Below, one piece after another: positions 36,169 through 48,424 of a DNA stretch of 64,000 bases (its first letter is position 1; the number at the start of each line of letters is the position of its first letter). The translations under genes were made by a program, and so were the position numbers. The stretch is from Oopsacas minuta (taxonomy: Eukaryota > Animalia > Porifera). Under the pieces are notes generated by a model that made no database searches, had not been told where the DNA came from, and worked only from the letters and a program-made list of their open reading frames with translations. The DNA lies in NCBI GenBank assembly GCA_024704765.1, contig JAKMXF010000296.1, forward strand, positions 5,725 to 69,724, in the 5' to 3' direction.

Positions 36169-37590
36169 ATGGCAGAGCCTCCTTCTGACCTGATCAACCA
36201 TTCAGGTTGATCAGGACGATCAGAGGAGGCAACAAGATGATGGAGGGAGGCTATATGTATACTGTACAGAGGAGGATTGGAGATGGGGTGCATTGGCAGT
36301 GCGAGGAGGGGGGAACTTGTAAGTCAAGACTTCACACCAATGGTACAGAGATAGTGAACCGCACGAGTGAACATACTCATCCGCCTGACGAGCAGGCTGT
36401 GATCTGCTGCGAGACGAAGGTGGGCATCAAGAAGAAAGCGCGGGAGTCCCAGGATAGCGCACACCACATAGTGGGCGAGACTTTGCAGACAGCATCAGGG
36501 GTACTGGTGCTAAACTACCCAAGCTGGACAGCCTGAAGCGGACAATACAACGCCAACGTACTAGTGTACTTGCAGCGCCAGTACAGCCCCACTCTAGCAG
36601 AGCTAGCCCTACAAACAGCATGCCAGCGACAGCCAAGGGGGAACTGTTCTTACTCTACGACTCTGGTGCAGACGATGTACACAGATTCCTCATCTTCGGG
36701 ACACAACGCAACCTCGGGATGCTGCAGCGAAGCAAGATCTGGCTAGCTGATGGCACCTTCAAGAAAGCACCTCCCCTCTTCGCCCAGGTGTATGTGGTGC
36801 ATGGACTCCGTGGAGGAGATGATCCTATAAAGACGGGTCATCTGTTACCGAGCTTGTTCATGCTACTGCCCAAAAAGACGGAGGCTGCCTACCTGAAGAT
36901 GTGGGAACAGATCCCCTACTGTGTCCACTTGCCCAGCCTCAACAGATGCTCCTGGACTTTGAGAAGGGGGTGATTACCAGCTTTGAGCATGTCTGGCCTA
37001 ACACAGTAGTGAAGTGCTGCTTCTTCCACCTCACACAGAATATCTGGCGACATGTGCAGTCTGCCTACACACATGACGAAGAGTTGGCTATGCGCATCCG
37101 GAGGATACCAGCCCTTGCTTTTGCCCGACCAGCAGACGTACCTGATCTGTTCGACCAAGTGGCAATGGACCTCCCCCTTACGCCTGAGATAGGCGAACTA
37201 GTCGACTACTTTGAGAGGACGTATATCGGCCGCACACTTGCCACCGGATACCATGTAGCGGCGACGTACCCTATTCACCTGTGGAACAATCACATCGGCA
37301 CGCCCTTAGGACTCCCCCGTACAACCAACGTCGTAGAGGCATGGCACCGCAGCTTCAATGCCACTGTCGGCTGCCATCACCCCACCATATTGTAGTTCAT
37401 CCTCTCCCTCAAGCGTGAGCAGGGCCTAGTGGAGGTGCGGCATGTTAACTACCTTGCTGGGAAGCCTCCAACCAAGCGGAGGAGGACCCAACGGAGTGAG
37501 CAAGCGTTGAAGATTCTAGTTCGTGAATATTATTCTCCATATCGCTCTAAGATGGAGTTTCATTCAAGGTGTAGACACCATCTCAGTCTG
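36169..37590 (+). pseudogene. FLYWCH-MULE (Mutator) transposase, frameshifted
   Basis: GGNKMMEGGYMY..HWQC..CKSRLHT..HTHPPD (FLYWCH), WLADGTFKKAPPLFAQVYVVHG, DFEKG, CFFHLTQNIWR, RTTNVVEAWH. No TIR pair found. Confidence 0.88.
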
Positions 37591-37679
37591 AGAACGGATG
37601 TTAATCTTACATATTATTTAGCCCTCAAATAAGTTTGATTTGAGATAATACTTTAGATGTTAATCCGCTGCCAGATTTG

Positions 37680-38137
37680 TTTACTTATATTCTTTGAAAT
37701 AACAATAAATTTACATGTTAATAATTCAAAATTGTGAGAATCGGATTCTGCTTATTCGATATAGTTAGTGAAGATTATTGAATTCTATTTACTTGCTTGA
37801 TAAACACTTTAAATAGGTAGTTATGCGACAATTTCAAAAGTGTATAGCATAAATCCTTCCTTGACAACGGACAAACAGACAGACAAACAGACAACCAGAC
37901 AACAATAAAGTTTAATAATATCTATATTATTAAATCTCAATTGTTGTTTGTTTGTTACAAACTGTGCTACAAAGCGTGTTGCTCTTTCAAAATATTCAAT
38001 AATATATATGGCATATATGTATATTTGTGAATTACATAGTTCTAAATATATCTATATTATAATACTCAGAGGGACCGTCAATTTGGAGAATAATGGATAC
38101 CGAGTTCATCGCGCAGCGACGAGCCAAAGCCTCTTAT
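37680..38137. mobile_element. Two family-A Helitron-like copies joined head-to-head
   Basis: A minus copy ends at ~37920 and a plus copy starts at ~37921. The junction TTTAATAATAT-CT-ATATTATTAAA is palindromic. Confidence 0.5.
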
Positions 38138-38197
38138 AAATATGTATTGTTACCTCTTAAAACCTGAGAATTATGGATCAATTGTTGGAAATGATGC

Positions 38198-38595
38198 CAG
38201 GGGTGTATCAACTCATTTTTTTCTACCAACTCATTCATTTTTATTGCACCAACTCATTCAACTCATTCATTTGGATGTAACCAACTCATTTCAACTCATT
38301 TCAACTCATTCAATAATGAGTTGATTCAGCCAACTCATTATCTAAAATGAGTTGGTTCAATCAACTCATTTCAACTCATTTCATTAATGAGTTGATTCAG
38401 CCAACTCATTATCTAAAATGAGTTGGTTCAATCAACTCATTTCAACTCATTTCATTAAACTATCAACTCATTCAACTCATTCATTTGAGGGTTACCAACT
38501 CATTCAACTCATTCATTTGAGGGTTACCAACTCATTCAACTCATGTAATTATTTGAGTTGATTTTACCAACTCAAAATGAGTTGATACAACCCTG
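38198..38595. mobile_element. hAT MITE filled with CAACTCATT minisatellite
   Basis: TIRs CAGGG(G/T)TGTATCAACTCATTT with 8-bp TSD AATGATGC (38190-97, 38596-603). Internal 71-bp and 32-bp tandem duplications. Confidence 0.9.
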
Positions 38596-38737
38596 AATGA
38601 TGCTATTCGGTAAACTGAATATAATCATTTCCATGCAGTTCACTGGATATAGCGGAGGTTTGCCGGTTAGCCGGCTATGAATGACCATAGATTTTGTAGA
38701 TAAATAGTTTGTACGGGCCCTGAAGCTACTGCCAGAT

Positions 38738-39873
38738 ATGCTTAAATTTTTTTCTAAATCTATTTTTCTTCCACTTCTATTCTTTAGAATGATTACGAAA
38801 TTAAAGACCTTTTCACGACGGACTACTACTCCAACAACTCATATTCTATCTTCTCGAGATTCAATGCAACGTAGTTTAACTCTTTCTCCGAGCAAAAGTC
38901 GTTACAAAACTGGACAGAATGATTGCCATATAATTGATTCTTCTATCCAACCTGAACGTTTCATTAGCACTCTCGATTATGTACAAACTCAAACTTTAGA
39001 TGATGTTTCTGAATCCTACTCTGACAAAGACTTGATCCGTTCGAAGGATGTATTACAATCTAGTAAAATGTGTAGTTCCCAGTTTCTTGCCAAAGGAAAG
39101 TCATATTCTTGCACATCCGAAACATTTCAACCCACAGACTCCACTAATTCATTTACTAACCATTCTATTACGAATGATAAATGTAATTTTACCTCTCATG
39201 CTCGTCCTTGCTTTAGTCGACATCCTATTTCATTATTAGTTTCATTTAAATCAAATAAACCAATCAAGAATTGCAAAAATCATCAAACATGTGTTATTTC
39301 AAATTCAACAGATTCAAAAATATCAGCTCCCCCACTACCCCTGAGAAAATACCACAATAATCAAGCACGAAAACGTTCCGCTACTCTTCCAACTCCTACA
39401 CACATGCCCGATCCTGTTATGCCTCGTACATCTGACTATCGTTTTATTGCTCAACCTCCACTACCACCGAGACGTAAGGAAATTTTGCCTCAATCCAATA
39501 TTAATTCTATTTCAGGAAGACAGTTTACGAACTCCTTACCAACCTCTAACCATCTAGACGAGAAGATGATAATGCAGAATATTCGAGATTTAGTCCGTTA
39601 TGGTTGGTATTGGGGTCCTATGAACAAAGAAGAAGCTGAAAATAAACTACATTGCACTACTGATGGCACGTTCTTAGTCCGTGACAGTTCGGACGATCGA
39701 CATCTATTGACGATAAGTTTTCGCACATCATCCAAAACTTTCCACACACGAATTGAATTTTGGAAAGGAAAGTTTTCAGTATTTCCGAACTGTCTAGATG
39801 ATTCTTATGACTCAGTGGGGCAGCTGATTGACCATGCAATGAACCATTGTAAGAATGGAGTATTTTTCTACAG
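38738..39873 (+). CDS. SOCS6/7: Suppressor of cytokine signalling (SOCS6/7-like), exon 1: low-complexity N-terminus plus SH2
   Basis: GWYWGPM..AENKL..DGTFLVRDSSDDRHLLTISFR..HTRIE SH2 motif. Donor TACAG|gtaaga, phase 2. Confidence 0.92.
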
Positions 39874-40556
39874 GTAAGAGAATCATTAATTTGCGATAAA
39901 ATAAAATTCGAAATCGAAACAAACAGCCGAATTTTAAATTTTCATTCTTCAACGCAATATAATCAGAAGGTATTTATATTATAGATTTATATTAGTTTAA
40001 TCTTTAACCGAATATTGACAGGAAAGTGTGTGATTTGTGACGTCAAAAAGGTGCTAATATCTCGTTTTTTGGTACGAAAAAAGTCCCAATTTGCGGGTTT
40101 TATGTAATAATCTGGCCGGAGCAGATATCATTTTAAATTTCTTTGGCAAAACATAGCCGAATACTTCCGGGAGAATGTGTGGTTTATGACATATAATGTG
40201 CCAAAATCTCGATTTGGGAGCTGGAATTGGTTGAAAGGAAGTGATAAAATTTAGTATTCCTTTTCATTAGAAACGTAAATCTTCGACCGTAATCGTTTAA
40301 AAGTTTGAAAATCAAATCCTATTGCTTAATTGTCCTTTATGATATCTACTCGCTCTCTCCTTGCCTATTTGACCCTCCTGGAGTTAGGGTTGGCTCTATC
40401 CTTGCCTCACTTCAATTATTAAATACTAAGTTTTAGTTACAAAGCATAAAGTTTCAGTAATTGTAATTGGAATTGATTTTAGTTTGGTCTTTCAATTTTA
40501 TTAATTCACGAGCCATTCTTGGCTTGTCGTTTTGCGCCTCGAGGTATCCTTATTAT

Positions 40557-40711
40557 CAGGGTTACAACCGAATAGTTCAATATTTGGTTACCAAGCGAAT
40601 ATATTGAATATCAGTATTCTGTATTCGGTTGGTCCAAACCGAATATTATCAGTATTCGGTTAAGCAACTATTCATGAATACTGATATTCGGTTCGATCGG
40701 ATTCAACCTTG
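40557..40711. mobile_element. Small hAT MITE inserted in a family-A copy
   Basis: CAGGGTTACAACCGAA ... TTCGATCGGATTCAACCTTG with 8-bp TSD CTTATTAT (40549-56, 40712-19). Confidence 0.8.
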
Positions 40712-42179
40712 CTTATTATCTAAATTGATGACCCAAAGGGTCATAGTTCCAGAAATAATATTTACATGAGTTCATTTCTTTGTATTTAGTTATACTAGCG
40801 CGTTTCGCTTGCTCATTCTGCGCGGCTTGCGAACACTTTGTGTTCACATGTGGCTCGATACTTCATGGCTCGAATCGAACAAAGTATAAAAGTAGCAACA
40901 TATTCACAATACGTTGTTGATAAATTCATATTTGTAATAGGCGTACTCGATTACCCCTCTATTACTGCTGAAAGCAAGTTTCTAGGATTAGTTAGAAAAT
41001 TGTTTACTTTATGCACCTAAAAACAATAAATATTCACAATACGTGGTTAAAATATCATTTTTGGATTCAGTGTACTTGATTACCCTATATATCTGTTGAG
41101 AGCAAGTCTCTAGGTATATTTCTAGATTTCAACTATCTGTTTACTTTATATTCATCAAAACAACAATAAATTTGTATATAAAAACCTTTAAAATGCGAAA
41201 TTCTGATTCAGCGTACTTAGTTACCCCTGTGTAGCCGTTTAGAGCAAACTTGTACATATATATTAAAATTTGACTAATTTGTTTACTTATATTCATTAAA
41301 CAACAATAAATTTACATATGATTAATTCAAAAGTGTAAACATAGGATTCCACACATTATATATATTTAGTCAATTTTTATTGAATTATATTTATATTTTA
41401 CTTTCTTGATAATACGTTAAATAGATAGTTATCAGGATTGCGAAATTCGGATTCATAATAGCATACCAGAAATCCTTTCCTTGACAACTAACAAACAGAG
41501 ATTTATAGAAACAACAAGTATACTTACAATTTTACGTATGAAAATTCATATTGTGATCGAACAGAGCATATGCGATAGATTCTTAATCAAATTTATAGAG
41601 TTCGATTTACTTTCTTGGGAAATGAAAAATGATATACACACGTGACTTACGTAAGATATAGCCATTGCACCTGTTCATAAAATGGATCATGTGATACGAA
41701 TATACAAGGTAACTATGATATTTCAGAAACGGTTCATTTCTGCCCAAATAAATCTATTGCATATTTGTAGAACAACAAATTGTCAAGCATGATACGCCAA
41801 AATATCTCAGGAATGTGTCACAATATGTGTCTAGTAAGCATTTATTGGTAAAATATGTCATTCTACCTTGTAAACATTTAATATTGCTTTCACTTCAAAG
41901 TCAATATATTAAATGATCTATAATTAGTTTTATACGAAATATCAAAATTTGTGATACAAAATGTTTCATCCGTGATCTCTACTGTAACTCAAGAACGAGG
42001 CAACTGTTGTATTACTGAATTTTGATATTATTGTATAAACTATCTACAGATCACAGGGATGGTGTCAATTACATTTGTTCAATTACCTTATGAATGTACG
42101 AAAAAGTTCCAATGAAAATTATTTCAGTAATATTCCCCCTACAATTAATTACAATTACAATAAGTTTCTTGATGCTTCT

Positions 42180-42665
42180 GGTCGCTACGCAACAGGGTAT
42201 ACTCGATCTGAATTTTTTTCGGAAATTATTTTATTATCCATGGTCCATACAAATTCGATTTAATGGCCTTCTATAGTAATACTGGAGATGCTATGTCACT
42301 TTTGGTTAGTAACCTGGGCACTTTGTGCCTCGAGTATTATTTAATTCTCAAAAGACCCGAAATTCGGGAAATTTGGAATTTTTGTACGATCACGTAATAA
42401 TCCCATAAGGAGTTTGAAATTGTACAAACCATAGCGCCAGGACATTTGGTATATTGAGGGTACCTGTCTTTCAAATTTCAATATTCTATCATCTCTATTT
42501 CCTGAGCAGTGGCAAATAATGTGATTTCTCGAAAATCCCAGAAGATGACATTAACGTCATAATTTCGTCATAGTTGTAAATTTTCGTCCAAGACTAGAAA
42601 TCGTCCGAGCCAGGCCTAAAGTACCATTGTATGCCAAAAATCAGCCCTGGGGATCCTCCAGTTTC
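42180..42665 (-). mobile_element. Helitron-like family B copy in SOCS intron (ends approximate)
   Basis: Colinear with 8730-9240 and 25590-26080. Confidence 0.5.
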
Positions 42666-45600
42666 ATCAATTAATTATGGACACGAGAACATATATGTCA
42701 CACATATTAATTGCGTTTTAATAGTATTGACAGTGGCGTCGTGCTGTATGTTCATGGGAAAGCCGGCCCCCTCAAGTATTCTCCGATCTCCCATATCAAG
42801 GGACCAGAATATGACAACTTTCTGTGCTAATTGCAAATCAAACGTTTTCCTGCGATGGGTTTCGCTTCCTGACCTTTCTGATTGTTTACAGCACCCATAG
42901 ACCCTCTCCAGAACTTGTTACACACTAAATTGAATTTGTCAGTTACCAACGGAAAATCAGTATTCGGAATTCGGTAGGCCAACCCGAATATTATCAGAGT
43001 ATTTAGGTCGATTTAACCGCATATTTTCAGGATTCGTTTTGCAAACCGAATAATATCAGTAATCGGTTTGGCCACTATTCAGGAATACTGATATTCTGTT
43101 CGAGCAGTTTCACCTTTATAAAAACGAAATTAATCTATATACAGTCAAACCTGCTTAACGGCCACCTCTGTATAACTGTCACCTGTACATAGCGGCCACC
43201 TCGAATACTCTCCCGATTTTCCATTATAATGACCTCTGTATAGCGCCACCTGCTCAACGCAGTCAGCGGTCACTATTATTGGTCCCTTACTGGCGCTGAA
43301 CCTGTCTATCACTGCCACTACCTCTATGTATAATCATATTTTCACACCTTTTTTGCATATTATTCAAAATCATGCTAGAGATTTCGTTTGAACTGCTAGT
43401 AAGGGGTATTCAACCAGTACCGGATTAAGGAGTGTTCGGAGTGTGCGGCCGAACAGGGCCCCCACAACTCAATGTCATTAATTTTATACACACTGTAATT
43501 CTACTTTAATCACTATAAATCTTATACTAGATACCTTTGAGTTGTCCACATCAAATTTCTAGCTATTTTCATATTCACTATTATATCTGTCCATAAGCGT
43601 CCAGAAAAGCACCCAGGGTGATCTTATAGATTAATTATAGTTATTGTATGTTCATGATATATTTTGTACAACTAAATAATTAGAGGTCATGACAAGTCCT
43701 GCCATGCTGCCACGGCCGAAACAGGCCTTCTGCTAGGGCGATACTACTTATAGTGTTGAATTTTACATATGCAAAATTTTAATACAATAAACACAAGCAT
43801 TCTAAATTGAGGAATGGGGACAGGTGGGGGCGAACAGTGACGATTTTGAATTGGCTTCCGAGGGTTCGGGAATTGCCCTCGAACAGGGCCCCCACATACC
43901 TATATCTAAATGATTAATCTTATTTCGTTTAAAACTCCTATTCATGGGTCATCGAGCATGTAGGTTCCAAAATTACCATTTTCAAATTTATATCTACATT
44001 CTTTATCATATTTTCACATCGTTTTGCACATATTTCTGATTTATGGACAGAACATGAAGCACATTAAGAACGATTTATATTGAATATCCTGAAATATTTA
44101 TCAGATCCAGAAGCCCAAAATCAGTCGGGTCCGGTGCATTGCGGCATATACACGGGGGTCAGGGATGCGCGCCCCGCCTGAAAAGAAGAAAAATACGTAA
44201 CTCTGTGCTGCACTTCTAGTCTGTCGCCTAAACTTTTTTTATATATCTACTAATAGACTAACTGTTGGCCAAGTTTGGGTTAGCTCCAATCTGATTCTTT
44301 TGGGAACAGCGATTTGGATTTGAGTGGGAAAATTGTCCCACACTCAGTTAACAGCAAAAGTTTACAACGACGGCTGTAGAAAATATCAATTCGAAAAGTT
44401 GGGATTTGTAATTTACAGTATTTTTCTATTTGGAAAGAGAATATCTTAACAATTTAACGCTCGAGTAAATAATTATCCAACTTTAACAAACCTTAAAAGG
44501 ATCCGAGATTTACATAAAACAGGAAATATAAAAGTGGCATAACTTGACTTCATGAAGGGATTGAGTGTGTAATATTTCAGTGTATTCTTGAAAGATATAC
44601 AGGTTATAATCTACAAATTTAAAACTATTCTGGGAGAGTCATATTTTGGCACGTTTAAATGACATGGAATATATCATGTGAAATTGAATGATTTTTTGCA
44701 TTTTTGACCTCATCGACTCCAATATCAATTGTCACATACAATTACATTAGAGGTAATACATGAAAACATGGAATTCGAAGATCGTATCAAATGGCATGTA
44801 TGAGAACTGATATACCACAAATTTACACAATGGATGTTGTCTGATTCCTGAAACATACTTGTGTTGCTAACTTGAACGACGGGGAATTTTACCTTGATTA
44901 CGAATATTTGCATAAAATTTAAAAAATCATAGATTGAAGCCTTCAGATGGATTTTAACACCTTCAATATGTGTCACTTAAGTTGTCAATATTGTCACCGA
45001 CACAATTGATATTGGAGTTGCCACTATATCCAAAAATGAATTATTTTGTTGAGGATTAACCTCTGAAAGTGTGAAAATTCTATGTTATATTGAAAGATTT
45101 TTCCTTTTTTGACCTTATTTACCTACTAGACTATACTAGGTAAATATATCATAATTTGTAATTTAAATGTACTAAAATGCCTAGTACCCGTGAACTGCTA
45201 TTTAGAACCAATGTGAATACCAGTATTGAAGCTTGGCATATTGCCTTTCAATCATCAATATATCCAACTTGGGCAGTCATTGTTAGAAGCTATGCTTGTG
45301 AAGTTGTACACTTGTCCAAACTGAGCTAAGAATGGATTACATTATTACTCCCGTAACAGATTAGGATCTTTAGGAGGCATAGCAAACAATTTATTTTATT
45401 ATTTCAGATTTAGTTTATTCCTTTTTATATTTCTATAATTTTATTATCTATTCAAATATTTACAAGTGGTCCCAAAGTTAGTTTGGTCATTTTCTGTGAA
45501 ATTTTTGTTCAAATTGTGGTTCGAACCTCTGTTAGATATTAATTAGTCTTTGTTCTCGCATTTGGTTAATGTTCAGCTCGATAGTGGCTAACATAATAAA

Positions 45601-45755
45601 GTACTTACATATTATTTGGAAATTATACAAAAAATGTGATGGAAAAAATGATCGAGATAATCGTTTAGTCACACCATCTTTATTAATATTCTTTATATTA
45701 CCCTAGCCTGATACCTTTTCTATTTTTCTTTTCAATATTATTTGTCTTCCTTTAG

Positions 45756-45945
45756 CCGTCATCATGAACAACCTTCATTGGCTCTTCCAGTGTGCCTCAT
45801 CAAACCACTTTCAAGATTTATGGAGCTTCGTACCCTACAACATCACTGTAGATTTGTCATTCGACAGTACACACGATTGGACCTTATTGACTGCCTTGGT
45901 CTTCCAACTCGTATCCAAGAATATGTTTGTTTGTCAATATTTTAA
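45756..45945 (+). CDS. SOCS6/7: SOCS6/7-like exon 2: SOCS box
   Basis: Acceptor ttgtcttcctttag. Phase-2 join gives FYSRHHEQP..PLSRFMELRTLQHHCRFVIRQYTRLDLIDCLGLPTRIQEY. The joined CDS is 1326 nt (441 aa). Confidence 0.92.
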
Positions 45946-46698
45946 CAATTTTTTATTTTATAATTGGATTATATTCTTTGAAGAGATATTATTTTAGAGT
46001 TCCTGTAATTATCTGATGGACATGAGTATTATGTATCATTATTCGCTTTTTAAATTTGCGTACAAACATATAATTTCTTTAACTTACTATATATTTGTTT
46101 GTTACCTTAGCGTAGTAGTTGGGTAAATTGTACACTCTATGATTAATTTACCATATACTAGGGCCTACGAGAGGGTGAGGCAGGCGGGCACTGCCCATAC
46201 CAAGATGGGGTCCATAACCCGAAGGAACCTTAAACCAGTAGCTAAAATTGTCATAAGTGTCATTGATTCTAATTGCAAATTTAACTCAAAAAGATTGTAT
46301 CAATACTTTCTTACCGCAATGTGATAAAACTAATAGTGTTATAATCTTATTGCAAAGGCTAGAATCTTGAACCATTAAAACTTAAATATGATATCAATGG
46401 TTTTCTTAACATATTGTGGATAATTATATTGCATAATTGCAATATCTATATTATTCAATCTCAATTGTTGTTTGTTTGTTTGTTTGTCCGTTTTCAAGGA
46501 AAGGATTTATGATATGCAATATTGAAATTGTCGCATAATAATGTATTTATCGTGTTATCAAGGAAGTAACAGAATTCGATAAACTTCACTAAATATATCC
46601 AACATTTGCTTCCAATTTTCACACTTTAAAACATTTGTAAATTTATTGTTGTTTTTATGAATATAAAGTAAACAAATTAGCCAAATCTCAAAAATATA

Positions 46699-48012
46699 CA
46701 GGGTGGCCAATAAGTTCTGCCACATTGAAATATTATTGTAACTTCATGAATTCTCATTCGATCTTGTTGACATTTAACATACGCTTCTACAGACTATTAC
46801 ATATATTTTATACGACTGTCATTCAATTTATCCGCCCTTTTGCTTGATGACAGACTTCAGACGCTGATTGACTACCGCTACAGTGGTACGAACCATTTCT
46901 TGAGGGATATTTTCCCATTCTCGCCTCAAAGATGTTTTCAATGATTCGATATTCGCATGAGACTTCGAGCAGGCTCTTGACTCCAAAATTCGACCAAAGA
47001 GAGAAATCCAAAGGGTTAGGTCTGGACTAGAGGGAGGCCATTCTACCTTCGTGATAAAGTGGAGAATATCCGCACCAAGCCACTCTTGAGTGCTTTTGCA
47101 GTGTGAGCAGGCGCACCGTCCTGTTGAAACACAAATGAACCATTTTCAAACATGGTCTTGCCAAGGTCTTTCACTAATGGTTCTAGAATGAGCTCCTTGT
47201 ATGTCGCAGGGTTGATTGATTTTTACACCAGATGGGACGAAAACAAGCGGTGTCCGACAAACAGAGGATATTCCCGCCCAAACCATCACCGAGAGTGGTT
47301 TCTGGACTCGTTTGACAAATCTGTATTTCTCAGGGATGACAGAGGTACAGTTCGCCTAATTATATCATTCTGACGATTTGATGCTTGCTCCACAGTAAAG
47401 AGTTTCTCGTCAGAGAAAAGTACTCGATCTAGGCCTTGGGTGGCGAATCGAGAAAGGAGTCCTTTGCTTCTTGACAGCCTCTTCCTTTTTATTTGATCAG
47501 TAATGAAGTGTACTTTTCTCCGCTTAAAAGAAGATAACCCTAAGTCTCTTCTTACAATATTTTGAAGCGATCCACGAGATATTTTTAGTTCTTTGGTCAT
47601 TTTTCTTACTGATCGCTGAGGATTCCGCCATACCCGACTTCTGACTGTCTTTCTCATCCGTACAGTCGTAATTGACACTGGGCGACCACTTCTAGGTTTG
47701 TCTATAATGCCACCAGTCTCGTCGAATTGTTTTATAGTACGAAATATCAACTTTCTTCTTGTTTCTGGAATATTTTGTATTCTCATGATTTTCCTTTTGA
47801 TTTTCCCATTTTTGAATAATTCAATTATTGCTGATCGTTTGCTTTCCATTGCCACCAAATTTGTTGTTATGTTCTAAATGCTATACTATTCTGTTGAATT
47901 TCGATCCTAAGACTTAAATCAATGAATTGAATACGAAAGCTACCTATTTATCATGGTTATTTAAAATATATTACTATATGAAGTTATGGGGCAGAACTTA
48001 TTGGTCACCCTG
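46699..48012 (-). mobile_element. maT (DD37D) Tc1/mariner transposon inserted in a family-A repeat
   Basis: TIRs CAGGGTG(G/A)CCAATAAGTTCTGCC with TA flanks. Family-A sequence resumes after 48014. Confidence 0.92.
46819..47849 (-). pseudogene. DD37D transposase, frameshifted
   Basis: VLFSDEKLFTVEQASNRQND, FQQDGAPAH..EWPPSSPDLT(P)LDFSLW. There are 37 residues between D2 and D3 after repairing two 1-nt frameshifts. Confidence 0.85.
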
Positions 48013-48424
48013 TACGTACAGACTTCCTCTAAACAGCTACCAGGGTAACTAGCTAGACTCAATTTTTAGCAAGTTGTCATTAGCTCGAATCCACTTTAAC
48101 CAAGTTGTATTTAGGTTGAATTCGGGCAGTAGCTACTAGTTCGATAGTTAGTTATAGCCGCATTTATCAAACGCGTGAACGAGCGCGATTGGCGGAGAAG
48201 CTCTGCCCCAAGTCTTCAAGCCTATTGAGGACTTGTACGCGGAACAATGAAGATGCGCCTCCTTTAATTAGAGTTGAGCTATCGACAACAAATTCAAAAC
48301 CTGAGTCAACGACTACACAATAATTCGAGCTAATGCATGCACCCCAAACTGTCATAGGACAGTCTTAATAACAAAGTAATCAGAGAATAATCTTAATCTA
48401 TCTATATATATATATATATATATA

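Noticed and set aside
38215-38585. CRISPR-like array
   Set aside because: Units are contiguous minisatellite without unique spacers, inside a hAT MITE in eukaryotic DNA.
48396-48424. (TA)n microsatellite as an independent feature
   Set aside because: Part of the family-B 5' end and the Ginger target site.
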